Shown here one piece after another: positions 38,901-51,222 of a stretch of DNA of 64,000 bases. Below the pieces are notes generated by a model. The model was not told where the DNA came from, made no database searches, and worked only from the letters and a program-made list of their open reading frames with translations. Made by a program: the position numbers and the translations under genes. Source of the stretch: Cetorhinus maximus (taxonomy: Eukaryota); assembly GCF_964194155.1 (NCBI RefSeq), contig NC_135885.1:116312001-116376000 (forward strand). Direction: 5' to 3'. Positions within the stretch are counted from its first letter, which is position 1. Each line of letters begins with the position of its first letter.

Positions 38901-40569
38901 TGACAAAATTAAAAGTTCAGAAAGCACTATGGTGGCATGGATGATCAATCACTATATATAAATTTCACCTTTGAAAATGTATTTTGGTTTTATCCCTGAG
39001 TCACAGGTGCTGAATGATTCTTTGATGTGATGCAATATCCCGCATTAATTCAAGGGTGCAAAGTGGCCCCCCACCCCGATGAACTCACCCCTGTCCCTCC
39101 GTTCCGTGAAGTCTCACTCAATCTCATCTCAGTCAATCGCCTTTAGTTCCAGATTCTCAACATAAGCAAAGGCACTTCCAACATGAGAATGATGGTTGGA
39201 CAATGTGCATGTAAGCCTTACAACTGAGGATGACATTCTGTGACTTCATGTGAATTGTTCTTGCTAGGCTAGTGATTATCCTGATGCTGTAGCTTTGAAG
39301 TCTGTTCTGTGTGCATGTCTCATGAACCACGCCAAAGTCTTTTCACCCACGTCCAATTTGCAATGGCCTTCATTTTATGATTGTGAGGTTTTGGTTAAAG
39401 TCTTAATCATCGTTGAGCACCATAGCCTTTCATGACTCTTTGCAACATTATTTCATTAAGGCAGAACAGTACTCCTTCATTAGTTCCCATAATCCCCATG
39501 CATGAGCGATGGAAGTTGTTTCCAGTTATTGACATTTGAAATGTCTGCTGCACGGAAATTGTGTGTGTGATGTCAGTGGTGTGTGCTCACCCTGATGATG
39601 CTGGCCAATGACCTCTGAGAATGCTGCTCTGCTTCTGAATGGCTGCCTATCGCTGCTTGACAGAATTCCTATGTTGGGTTACAGAATGCCAATTGATATC
39701 GATTTCCTGACATGATAGTGTAGTCAGTGTCTTAGACTTTATAGCAAATATTGACCTTTGTGATATGGACAGTGTCGAGAACTGTAATGATATGAAAACA
39801 ATGCTCCAGAGCATCTCCTGAGTGCTCAACTGTATCTATGAGGGGAATAAGTTAGCTTTGACTGCTGTGTCAAAAGTGACTGGGCCACATCTCTCCTAGA
39901 TGCCAAGGCAATGGAGGACGTGAACTTGGGAAGCTTCCAAAAAAAGCAGGGTAATGAGATTTTGTCAATAATCACACAATGCTACTGCTGAACCACTCTG
40001 TGAGTATGATGCTAACATCACTCGCAGGTTTGAGTCCGTGCTGTCATATGACAGATTACTGCGCCTGATGTCCGATGTCTTCCTGTATCAGGATGCGGCC
40101 TTTGCATTAATCATGCATGACAGCTAGCATTTGTAGAGATGGTGCTGTCAGGATGTAGCTCCATCTTCAGACCGACAAGTGATAACAAATGACATCTGAT
40201 GTCCCTATTTAAGCTGTCTAACTGAGCTCCTTTAACACTGGCATGAGTGCTTTGATATGTGCAGTAGCGTTTATGCTTCTTGAAGGCTGCCATGGCCAAT
40301 GAATTTTTCGCACCATGGTTGAAAGGACTGCTCTATGGCTAATTGTTTAGGTGTGAGCACTGGTGGAGTATTATCCCAATACACAGCGGCCACATGCTCC
40401 CTCAGATACTGCGCCTTCCAAGGATGACCCCATCGTTAAGAGTTGGAGGTGTCTTATGCTTCTTCCATTCTCATTTGGAGATTTACCTTTTGTGAGATGC
40501 TGAAAATGACAATGAAGGTCTTGTTATCTCCCCTGCATCGATGTGTGAAGAGGACTGAACTCGTAGCAC

Positions 40570-41620
40570 CTTACTCCACCTTAAATCTTGTCACCATGAA
40601 GTTGTCATGGCATGTCTTCTGCATCGTCTCCGTGCAGTGGCATCCTCATTTGCTCCTCTGAATCCTCACCCTCCTCAAAGTCACCCCTTCAACATCCTCC
40701 TCTTCAATGAGATGTGCAGCTCATCCATGTCTCCATGTGGCAACTCATCCCCCTTTTGCAGCGCTAAGTTGTGCAAGGCACAGCAAAAAATGATGATGCG
40801 GGGCACCCTCAGTGGTGAGCACTGGAGAGCCCTGCCTAAACGGTCCAAGCATCTAAAATGCATCTTTAAGAGGCCAATAGCCTGCTCTACTAACACCCTT
40901 GTGGCTGAATGTTTTCCATGGATGGTGAACGGGCATCACTAGCTACGTCTTTAGGTGGCAGGCTTTATCACCAAGGAACCAACCCTCCATGCACGGAGGG
41001 CCCTCAAAGATCTGTGGCTCCTGCAAGTGACTCAACATATAAGAGTCATGGGAGCTCCCAGAGTATCTAGCATAAACATGCATGATCTGCTTGGTGTGAT
41101 CACAGATGAGCTGGATGTTGAGAGAGTGAAATACTTTTCTATTAGTGAATTGCACAGTCTGTTGCCAGGGAGCTCTGAAGGCCACATGCAGGCAGCAGAT
41201 GATGCCCTGCACTTGCAGGAAGCCTGGGAGCACAGCGAATCCCACAGCTCTGGCAGCCTGGCTTGCGTAATCCATGGTGAACAAGACTTAATGATAAGCT
41301 TTATTGGAAAGGGCATCGGTCACGCCCTTTATGCCGACTGTGAGATTCCGCAAAGGTCCCGAGTGCAGCCCTGGAAGGATCCACTGGTAAAAAAGTTGAG
41401 TGAGATGGTAACATTTGCAAAAGTCAGTTCGTGCCTTCAGAGAGCAACTGGCATTGGACTGCCTCCAAGTCCATGCGGCATCAGATCCTCACGGAGAATT
41501 GGGCAAATGTGAGCCAACACATCCCTAGTCAAGTGAGGGCATCTACAGCACTGTCCTTTCAGTCATCTCAAGGTATGAGCTGCGTCTTCTGTAGACCCTT
41601 GGTCGTGCCAAACATCTCCG
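40570..41620 (-). pseudogene. Harbinger (HARBI1-like) DDE transposase, frameshifted
   Basis: NFFTSGSFQG; VQGIICCLHVA; NRKVFHSLNIQLICD; YSGSSHDS; FLGDKAC; VEQAIGLLKMHFRCLD; CCALHNLA. Confidence 0.92.
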
Positions 41621-42153
41621 TTGATTTGATCCCTCTTCGTAAGCATCTGGATCTTACTGGCACTAGTTCCTCAGGTCGATGGTGTTCCTTGAGCTATGCC
41701 AAATGGCGACAGGCCCTTCTTCTCCTCACTCGCATCAAAGCTATCAAGAAGGCAGCACTGCCTGCAGCTTGCATTCTCCACTCCTCCTTGTACCTCTGAA
41801 GAATAGATTTGAGACATCATTGCACCTTCCCCTTGAATGCTCTATCACTATCTCCAATCTAGGAAGCCAATGTCCTTCCCTCAGTCTATGGCATCCCCAG
41901 GCCACCTCTGCAGCTGAAGCACATCCTGAAGGTCCACAGGTGGCTGAGCATCCCTCTCTGACATGACTGTGCCTTAACAAAGAGGCTCTTGATCAGGGTG
42001 CATACACTTATGTGCGGTAACCCTCAGTCAGCCTATTTTTAACTTACACAAATATAAAAACAAAAAACTACTGCGGATGCTGGAAATCCAAAACAAAAAC
42101 AGAATTACCTGGAAAAACTCAACAGGTCTGGCAGCATCGGCGGAGAAGAAAAG

Positions 42154-42192
42154 AGTTGACGTTTCAAGTCCTCATGACCCTTCAACAGAACT
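42154..42192 (-). ncRNA. Minimal hammerhead ribozyme variant
   Basis: Sense AGTT CTGTTGA A GGGTC ATGAG GACTT GAAAC GTC AACT: stem I AGTT/AACT, stem II, palindromic ACGT, GUC triplet. Confidence 0.75.
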
Positions 42193-43384
42193 GAGCAATA
42201 TCGGAAGAAGGGTGAAATATAAGCTGGTTTAAGGTGGGGGGGGAGAGAAGTTGGGGGGGAGGTGGGGGTGGTTGTAGGGACAAGCAAGCAGAGAAAGGAG
42301 CAGATAATCAAAAGATGTTACAGATAAAGGAACAAAGAGGTGTTGAAGGTGGTGATATTATCTAAATGAATGTGCTAATTAAGAATGGATGGCAGGACAC
42401 TCAAGGTACAGCTCTAGTGGGGGTGGGGTGGAAAGACTGACAGGGCATTACAGGTATAGATTTAAAAATAATGGAAATAGGTGGGAAAAGAAAAATCTAT
42501 ATAAATTATTGGAAAAAACAAAAGGGAGGGGGAAGAAACGGAAAGGGGGTGGGGATGGAGGACGGAGTTCAAGATCTAAAGTTGTTGAATTCAATATTCA
42601 GTCCGGAAGGCTGTAAAGTGCTTAGTCGGAAGATGAGGTGCTGTTCCTCCAGTTTGTGTTGGGCTTCACTGGAACATTGCAGCAAGCCAAGGACAGACAT
42701 ATGTGGGCAAGAGAGCAGGGTGGAGTATTAAAATGGCAAGCGACAGGGAGGTTTGGGTCTTTCTTGCGGACAGACTGCAGGTGTTCTGCAAAGCGGTCGC
42801 CCAGTTTACGTTTGGTCTCTCCAATGCAGAAGACCTGCATTGGGAGCAACGGGCCACCCTGCTCTCTTGCCCACATATGTCTGTCCTTGGCTTGCTGCAG
42901 TGTTCCAGTGAAGCCCAACGCAAACTGGAGGAACAGCACCTCGTCTTCTGACTAGGCACTTTACAGCCTTCCAGACTGAATATTGAATTCAACAACTTTA
43001 GATCTTGAACTCCCCCCTCCATCCCCACCCCCTTTCCGTTTCTTCCCCCTCCCTTTTGTTTTTTCCAATAATTTATATAGATTTTTCTTTTCCCACCTAT
43101 TTCCATTATTTTTAAATCTATACCTGTAATGCCCTGTCAGTCATTCCACCCCACCCCCACTAGAGCTGTACCTTGAGTGTCCTGCCATCCATTCTTAATT
43201 AGCACATTCTCTTAGATAATATCACCACCTTCAACACCTCTTTGTTCCTTTGTCTATAACATCTCTTGATTATCTGCCCCTATCACTGCTTGCTTGTCTC
43301 TACAACCACCCCCCCTCCAACTTCTTTCCCCCCACCACCCCACCTTAAACCAGCTTATATTTCACCCTTCTCCTGATATTGCTC

Positions 43385-43423
43385 AATTCTGTTGAAGGGT
43401 CATGAGGACTCGAAATGTCAACT
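43385..43423 (+). ncRNA. Minimal hammerhead ribozyme variant (second arm)
   Basis: AATT CTGTTGA A GGGTC ATGAG GACTC GAAAT GTC AACT. Confidence 0.7.
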
Positions 43424-45174
43424 CTTTTCTTCTCCGCCGATGCTGCCAGACCTGCTGAGTTTTTCCAGGTAATTCTGTTTTTATTTTTAACTTACCTTCA
43501 TTAACCTAGACACTAACTTAGCCTTGTACTAATGTCATGACTGTGAGCATTGTGCCCTGTAAGCCATGACCATTGAAATGAGAGTATCGAGGTTTGTAGT
43601 GTGCATGTAGCTTCAGTCCAGCAGCTGTGGCACTTGATTGTTTGATCCTCCTTCCCATTTTACATATCTCTGGCAGGGACAGGTGCCCAATCAGATCTCA
43701 TCGAATGTAGCACCAAATCTTAATGGATTGCTGCATGAATGCAAACCATGAGTGAATGTGCTATAGTCCTTCAATGGGCATTTGATCCACAAAAACAGTA
43801 CTCAACTGAGACTTGTAATTCATGTCTTGAGCACATAATTATTATGTTGCCCCTTCAATTGTCCCAAAATTGTATTCGGGAACTCCTCCCAATTGCCTTG
43901 AGATCCCTCACATATCATTTTTTTCACATATCTTTTTCCAGCTGCGGCATTGCTGGTTAAGGGCGAAGATGGTGCTGTTATATTTTGTGAACGCCACCAA
44001 TACCTTCCCATCTCCCCCGGTCACCACAACTTCCTCCCATTCTCCTCCACTGTCACCATTTCCTAATTCCCATCCCTCCTGTAACTATTCAGCCTCCCCC
44101 GTTACCCTTGACCCCATCGTTGTGCACATGGATATCCCTGTGCACCCCCCATTCCCTTCAACGTTGATGTCCCCATGCTATTTGTTGATCTCATCCCTCC
44201 CTTTTTTGAGGCCGCCTACACTCTCGCTTTCAGATACCCATCCCATGAGACCTACTGAATACAGATGCCTCCCATCAATGTTACTATACCCCCTGTTTGC
44301 CAAACCACACAACCAAATGCCTTGTTTCACTGACCACACCCTGTGCATGACTGTCACTGCCCAGCAAGGCCCTCCCCTACTCAGGGCCAGGATCAAGACA
44401 TGCGTGCCGTGCAGAGCCCTCTAACATGTCCTGCACAGCCCCAGGTCAATCTGTTATAGCTGCCCCCGACAACGTGGTCTCAGTCCCAGGACAGTCCCTG
44501 ACTCCTCTTTGAACAGTCTTATAAATCTTGCCCCTGGACAGTCTTTCACTACTCCACCCCTCCTCACCAGTCATGCCTCTTCCCCCCTTCCCTCTCATGT
44601 TCCACTGGCCCAACGCCAGTCATGCCTCCATCTTCCCCCTTTCCCTCTGGTGTTGTCTGACAGGCACCAGCCTTGATGCAGAATCGGAGAAGCACTGAAA
44701 TATCGCAGCACCACTGTTAAAGGTAGACAAAAGTAGCGTCTGCATGCCTCAAAGCTGTCGATGAAGTAAGGCTCACCAGGCGCACGCCACTTAAATAGAG
44801 TCATGAAACAGACCGTTCAAATTATCTGCTGGCTGGGCACTTAAATTGGAGGGGAATGGGAGCACTCATGAGATGCAAGTGAATGCAAATGTGGTTCCTG
44901 ACATAGGTCAGCAGGAAAGTCTTTAATCCACCATCAAAGTCGGGAGAACAAATTCCAAACTGATTTCCTGAAGGCAGGAAACTGACTTTTGCAAACGTTG
45001 CAAAGTTTCTGCCCCCACCAGCCACGATTCTGGCCACTACCAAGAGCAGAAAATTCCACTCAGCATTTTGAGTCAAATATGACTTTTCTTTAATTCTTTT
45101 TTAAATCTCATTTTAATGTTCATTTTTACAGATTAGTGTGACCATCCTTCCTTCTTGCTTCTAGTGGGAACATG

Positions 45175-46875
45175 TTTAAGAACAAAAGAGCATAAAACCC
45201 TAAGAAATAAGAGCAGGAGTAGAACATATAGCCTCTTTGAGCCTGCTGCACGTGTATATATTTATGATCATAGCTAATCTTTTGCCTCAAATCCATTTTC
45301 CACATTCCTTTATTCCCTGAGAGAGTAACAATTTATCTATCCCAGCCTTGAATGTATTCCACAATGGAGTATCCTCAAACATCTGGGGCAGAGAATTCCA
45401 AAGATTCACAACCCTCTGAATGAGAAAAATTCTCCTAATCTCAGTGATAAACAATCGATCCCTTAACGATGCTCTAGATTCTCCAGCCAAGTGAAATGAC
45501 CTCTGTGTCTATCCTGTCAAGGACCTTCAGAATCTTATGTTTCAATGAGATCATCTCTTATTCTTCTAAACTTTGGAGAGTATTGATCCAATTAACCACC
45601 CCCTCATCCCAGGAACCAAAAGAGTAAACCTTCACTGTACTGCCTCCACGCCAAGACCAAAATTCCACACATTACTCCAGGTATGGCTGCGTGCAGTTGG
45701 AGCAGGACTTTCTTCTTTTTCTACTCAGTCCCTTGGCAATAAAGACCAACATGCCATTTGCTTTCCTAGCTACATGCTGTACCTGCTTGCTAACTTTCTG
45801 TCTCTTTGAACATCAACATTTAAGTTTCACACCTTTTACAAAAAAATGTTTTTTCTTATTCTTATTACAAATAAAGGAAAAACCAGTTCAAAATTTTCAA
45901 ATCCCAGTAAAAATCGGTATTACTGATACCAGTAATACAGGAGTTCCATTTTAAGGTATACAGGACCGATTTTGGGGAGTGAATAGCTTCACCCTTCCTC
46001 ATATTATACTCTATCTGCTACCTTGTTTCCCATTCGCTCAATCTATCCATATCTCTTTGCAGCCTCATTGTATCTTTCTCACAGCTTACATTCCCACCTA
46101 GTTTTGTACCATCAGAAAACTTGGGGCAGAATTTTTAGGTGGGCAGTTGGGCGCGATCGGCTGGCCCGGGGAACGGACCACCAACTGCGATCGGCCCCCG
46201 AACGCGATTTCAAGCTGGCTGGCCAATTAATGGCCAGCCAGCATGAAACGTGCACTGAGAAGCTCAGCACTGCCGGGGTGGGGGCAGGAAGAGGGCGGGC
46301 GCTGACGTGCGCGCGGGCGCAAGCGAGCACCAACAGAGAGCTGCTTCAGGGTGCTGATGACCTGAAAAATCCTCAAATAAAGTTTTGAAAAGCAGAAAAA
46401 ATGTCCAAGCATCCCAAACAGGCATCTGAAAATGCTGTCCACCAATTTTAATTTTTAATTTTATTTCATCATGGAAACCTCATCCCGCCCTTGGATGAAG
46501 TTTCATGAAAAATGTAAAGTCTGCCTGGCCGATTTGCCCATCCACCAACCGTAAGGTTGGATGGGCGACATAAAATTAAGGACAATTGCACTGTTAATGA
46601 CCTGAATTGGCCTCTTAATTGTCGGTGGGCGCGCTTCCAACTTCTGCACGACCCGCCAACCGTAATATTGCGCAAGCGCGGGATGACGTCGGGACACTTG
46701 CCTGATGTCATGTTACGCGGTTTCACTCCGGATTGGGTCGGGCGTGCGCCCACCTGCCCGAGCTAATAATTCTGCCCTTGGCTACATTACTCTCAGTCTC
46801 TTTGTCTAAGTCATTGCAAATAGTTGAAGTGAGCACTGTTCTTTGCTGCACTCTACCAGTTAAAGCCTGCTAATG
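45175..46875 (-). mobile_element. CR1 LINE 3' portion interrupted by a MITE
   Basis: ORF 45287-45490 QRVVNLWNSLPQ; 3' tail aagaaataagagcaggagtag at about 45200; KFSDGTKLG split at 46121. Confidence 0.8.
46124..46777. mobile_element. Young Harbinger-type MITE (654 bp)
   Basis: TIRs GGGCAGAATTTTTAG / CTAATAATTCTGCCC; exact TSD TTG (46121-23, 46778-80); CpG-rich. Confidence 0.9.
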
Positions 46876-46884
46876 TGCAAATGT

Positions 46885-47035
46885 GTCTGTTGCGGTTCAG
46901 TGGGTGGCATTCATGCCTCTGCATCACAAGGTTGTGAGTTTGAGTGCCATTCCAGAAACTTGAGCACAGAATCTATGCACACACTTCCATTGCTGTGCTG
47001 GGGTAATGCTGCACTGTCAAAGGTGCCATCTTTCA
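46885..47035 (+). mobile_element. tRNA-derived SINE 5' part (SacSINE1/DeuSINE-like)
   Basis: ggttcagtgggtggcattcatgcctctgcatcacaaggttgtgagtttgagt.. followed by gctgcactgtcaaaggtgccatcttt. Confidence 0.6.
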
Positions 47036-47720
47036 AGGCTGAGTTGGACAGATTTTTGATCTACAAGGGAATCAGGGGTTATGAGGGACAGGCAGGAAAA
47101 TAGATTTAAGGCCACAATCAGATCAATCATGATCTTATTAAATGGTAGATCAGGCTCGAGAGACTGAATGGCCTACTCCTGCTCCTATTTCTTATGATCT
47201 CACGATATTATAAATGTGTCCTGTTCGTTAACCATTCCTTTATCAATTAATATATTAGCCACAACTCCATGGGACCTTATCTTACATATTAATCTTTTGT
47301 GTGGCATCTTATCAAATGCTTTTGGATTTCCAATTATATTACATCTACTGGCTCTCCTTTATCTACCCTATTACCCTAGTTGTGTTCTCAAAAATCTCCA
47401 ATGAATTTGTCAATCATGATTTCCCTTTTGAAAAACCAAGATTACTCTATCTGATCATATTATGATTTTCTAAGTGGATTGTTAAGGCCTCCTTAATAAT
47501 AGATTCCAGCATTTTCTTGATGACAAATGGAAGTCTGTAACTGTCTGTTTTCCCTCGTTCTCCTTTCTTTAATAGCACTGTTACATTAGTTTTGAACAGG
47601 TTTGGATATTTCTCATTGTGAACTGCTCAATTTGTCAATTCTTTATTCCAGTCATGTGGATTAATTCCCTTTTTCATCGAACTGAAATTGGATTTTTCTC
47701 CCCCAGTCAAATATTTTTAT
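47035..47720. mobile_element. CR1 3' tail (+, 47035-47200) and old CR1 RT fragment (-, 47215-47720)
   Basis: gaatggcctactcctgctcctatt tail; reverse complement KAFDKMPHKRL. Confidence 0.7.
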
Positions 47721-47740
47721 CTTCAAACATTCCCCTTTAG

Positions 47741-48919
47741 TAGTACAGAACTTGGGTATTGCTGAAAAAAGAGACAATTTTTGGTTGAAACTTTGCCACT
47801 TGCACTCATCAGGACAGTTTGCAAGAAAATACCAGCGTAAGGGGAAACAATATATTTATACTGTATGTGAAGAGGGTGCTGATTAGGTAGCAAATGGACC
47901 CTGATTAGTAGAGGCATTGCCATGGAGAATGCTCTAGTTGATGATGACTGATAGTTAACTGCCAAGCATTGTTGGAATTTGAACCAGGCAACTTGACACT
48001 GATTGGTCAAGACATTGCCCTGGGGAATGAACCAGCCAATAGCTGTCACTTATTTAGTTTAGCTGAAACAGGTGCAATGTGTGTACATGTTCTTTCTATT
48101 TGCAAAGAACACAAGGCCCTGTGTATTAATAAATGTAGCTTCCAGTACACGCAAATGTGCCGCACTACAAACACAACTGACAATCTTAAATTGGTTATCA
48201 GCGTAATTCTTAGCACACTGAGGATTATTTGGCAAATGTCCATTCTCAGAGTCACATCTATTTTTTGACACTGTGTTTTGAGTTTTGCAAGCACCGGGCT
48301 GATTGAGTATGGTCTATGCCTTGCCTGTTGTGAACAGCAGCTGAGACATGTTGTTTGATACAAACCATCAGTTCTTGGGACATATGGCCTACATACCCAG
48401 CATCACACTGGCACTGGCATTCATACACCACATTATTCATTTGTGTGATAGGCAGGATGTCTTTTTAGCTTGACAGCAGCAATCTGTTAGTGGTGAATAC
48501 CACTCGTGTTGCTACTGCATAGTAGCAGCGTGAAACAGCAAACTTTACCTGTTGCTCAAATGTTTGAGATACCTTGCCCTCCTGGGATAAGTTGAGGTAG
48601 ACCGGGCAATTTTCAGGGCCGAATGGTCTTAGTGATGGTCTTAGGCCTGTTCATCAGTTTGCGTGATATACAGCGCACAATGATCTGATCAGAGCAGCCA
48701 CTATCCTGCAGGGTGTCTTTGATGTGCCCTATTTCAGCATCAAGCTTGCATGATGAGCAAATGGCCCAGACCCCATTTATGAGGTTCAGTCCACTTGTCA
48801 ACCAATCAGCACTCTCTTCACATACAGTATAAATATGTTGTTTCCTCAGACACTGGTATTTTCTTGTGAATTGGCCTGATGAGTGCAACACAAAAAGACT
48901 CTTCTTTCAGCAATACTCA
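47741..48919 (-). mobile_element. Second Penelope-like family: GIY-YIG end plus inverted copy of its 3' tail
   Basis: NVVYECQCQCDAGYVGH..CIKQHV and LRVLEATFI; 48787-48919 is an inverted copy of about 47750-47900; hammerhead-like CTGATGAGTGCAA in both (47783-47816 minus, 48872-48900 plus); imperfect TSD ATTCCCCTT / ATTTCCCTT. Confidence 0.82.
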
Positions 48920-49182
48920 TTTCCCTTAAACTTACCAATGTTTATATCAAACCTAATTATGTTATGGTGACTGTTTCTTAAATGTTCTCCTACCCCTAGA
49001 TTGACTAATTATCCTGTTCATTTCTTACAATGATATCCATCACTGCCTCCTTCATTATTAGCTTAAAAGCACATTGATACAGAAAGCAATCCTCAACACA
49101 ATATAGAAACCCTTACCCCTTCATTGCTACTTGCATTAAAACCAATATTATTAATTGTTGTTCCACATTTTTCTCTAAGCAA

Positions 49183-49810
49183 GGGAGTTTCCCCAATGCC
49201 CTGGCCAACATTTATCCCTTAACCCAATATCAGTAAAACATGGATAGATTGGAGAAGCTAGGGCCTGGTTTCCTTGGCGAAGAGACGATTAAGAGAGATT
49301 TGATAGAGGTGTTCAAATTGTGAGGGGTCTGGACGGAGTTGATAGGGAGCAACTGTTCCCATTGGCAGAAAGATCAAGAACCAAAGGACACCAATTCATG
49401 GTGATCAGCAAAAGAACCAAAGAGGACATGAGGAAAAACTTTTTTATGCAGTGAGTGGTTCGGATCTGGAATGCACTGCCTGAGAGCGTGGTGGAGGCAG
49501 ATCCAATTATGGCTTTCAAAAAAGAATTGGATAATTATCTGAAGTGAAAAAAAATTCCAGGGCTATGGGCAAAAGGCAGGAGATTGGGATTGGGTGAGTT
49601 GTTTCTTCAGAGAGAGAGAAAACAAGTACAACGGGCTGAATGGCTGCCTTTTAGTGCTGTAACTATTCAATGAAAACATATTTTCTAATTATGATTATAC
49701 TGATACTTGGGGGATCCTGCTATGTGTAAATTGACTGCTGTTTGTCCTATATTACAACAGACTGCACTTCAAAAATACATAATTACCAGTAAAGCACTTT
49801 GGGAAAGGTG
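49183..49810 (+). mobile_element. DeuSINE (SacSINE1/AmnSINE1-type) Deu domain and tail, split by a CR1 3' fragment (49241-49672)
   Basis: cctggccaacatttatccct.aacc and tgctatgtgtaaattgactgctg..attacaacag..cacttcaaaa..taaagcactttggg; AAAACA duplicated around the CR1 piece. Confidence 0.75.
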
Positions 49811-50207
49811 CTTAATGAAAACAAGTGTTTTTCTTTATTTGTCTGTGCATCTCTTGTTCTATTTTGATTCCAGTAATTAGTGGGCTAAAGTATATTACTA
49901 CAAGAGCAAAAGTTCTATCCTTATTATTGAACTCTCTCCCTAGAGACTGGTAACTTTTAAAAAGAAATTCAAACTTGCAGTTAATAGCTGAAAGAATAAC
50001 ATGACAAGATTCCACATTTTAAGACTTTTACTGTAACACCAGACTAAAAATACTTTTGACTGAACAGTATTTTTGTAGGCATTCTAAACATGAAACCACA
50101 GAACAGAACTTGTGATAGAACCAAAAAAATGCACTATCAGGTATACATTACACGACATTTTAAGTAGACATTAATTTCTCCCAGAACGAACCCAAAACAA
50201 TTTTTAT

Positions 50208-50233
50208 CTCTCTCTCTCTCTCTCTCTCTCTCT
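50208..50233. repeat. (CT)n microsatellite
   Basis: Direct observation. Confidence 0.95.
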
Positions 50234-50759
50234 AATATTCTGTGATGTTTTGGGAAAGACTGTAACCAGATCTTTACAATGTCTTCCTCTGCAACCTGCC
50301 CCATTGCAGCGTGAATCACTTGGGCCTTGTATCCAGTTAGAAATGCTGATTAGGTATTCTTTAAACCCCAACTTATCCTATCCTGAAATCAAATGGATAG
50401 TTCAAGGTATACCCTTTTACAATCTGACAATTTTAATGCTTCCCTGGGACATGGCAATCCATAGTCTGTCTCTTGACCCCACAGCTGCCTTTGCCAATGT
50501 CTGCAAGTGTGAATACCTTATATCTTCATCCCAGTAGAATCTAGGCCTTCCTTTAACCTTTAACCTTCTTCACCCAGACCTGTTATCAGGCAGACTTCAG
50601 TGCAGGCCACATGATTCCCTTCCTTTTACCCTAAATTTAAAAAACGGTCACAAACCATAATAATCTTATGAACCTCATAACTGTAACACTTGGCACAGAC
50701 TTTTGATTGCATCAATTCCATATTTACAATCAGTTCATATCAATTCCTCACCCATTCTT

Positions 50760-50930
50760 TTAGACAGTTGTTAGGCAAAGGAATCAAAGATTATCAGGGG
50801 TATATGGGAATGTGGAATTCAAAACATAAACAGATCAGATGTGATCTCATTGAATGGCAGAGCAGGCTCGAGGGGCCAAATGGCCTACTTCTGCTCTTAT
50901 TTCTTATGTTCGTATGTATGTTCGTAGTAT
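50760..50930 (+). mobile_element. CR1 3' tail
   Basis: gagcaggctcgaggggccaaatggcctacttctgctcttatttcttatgttcgtatg. Confidence 0.75.
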
Positions 50931-51222
50931 AGCATGCAAACCTCGGCATTGAACTTGATGACTGGAAAATCAGCCACAACGTGAATTGGACACTCTGGCC
51001 TTTACATCAAATTGTTTGTTCCAAATTCCCCATCAAGGAGCATGAAGAGGTCTCAGAGTTTTACACAGAGCTTGAAGCCCATTCATTCTAGTGTGAAAGT
51101 TGTGGTCAACTCCATGACAGTGCTTACAGGCATGTGCATGATGTAGTGTTTGGTGGCCAATGTCTCAGCTTCCATTGCAGCACAAGCAGAAGCCCGAGTG
51201 CTGCAGTGAAAGCTGAGATTGA

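Larger units (their letters stand above)
42048..43481. mobile_element. Large palindromic Penelope-like insertion (about 630-bp arms) with GIY-YIG remnant
   Basis: Arms about 42095-42723 and 42854-43481; spacer on minus strand encodes CIGETKRKLGDRFAEHL..LPVACHFN; exact 14-bp TSD TATTTTTAACTTAC (42034-42047, 43482-43495). Confidence 0.93.
35327..45061. mobile_element. Full-length decayed PIF/Harbinger transposon with nested LINE and PLE
   Basis: Imperfect TIRs GGACAGAATTTTCTG / rc GAGTGGAATTTTCTG; Myb/SANT gene on +, transposase on -; flanks rejoin into one PLE tail. Confidence 0.8.

Noticed and set aside
40955-41512. 185-aa plus-strand ORF
   Set aside because: Antisense shadow of the transposase.
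40570-41620. Domesticated host gene HARBI1 (and NAIF1 for the Myb exons)
   Set aside because: Frameshifts and stops, flanking TIRs and several paralogous decayed copies in this window indicate transposon relics.
43870-44424. 184-aa Pro/Ser-rich ORF
   Set aside because: Low-complexity pyrimidine-rich region inside the Harbinger with no recognisable domain.
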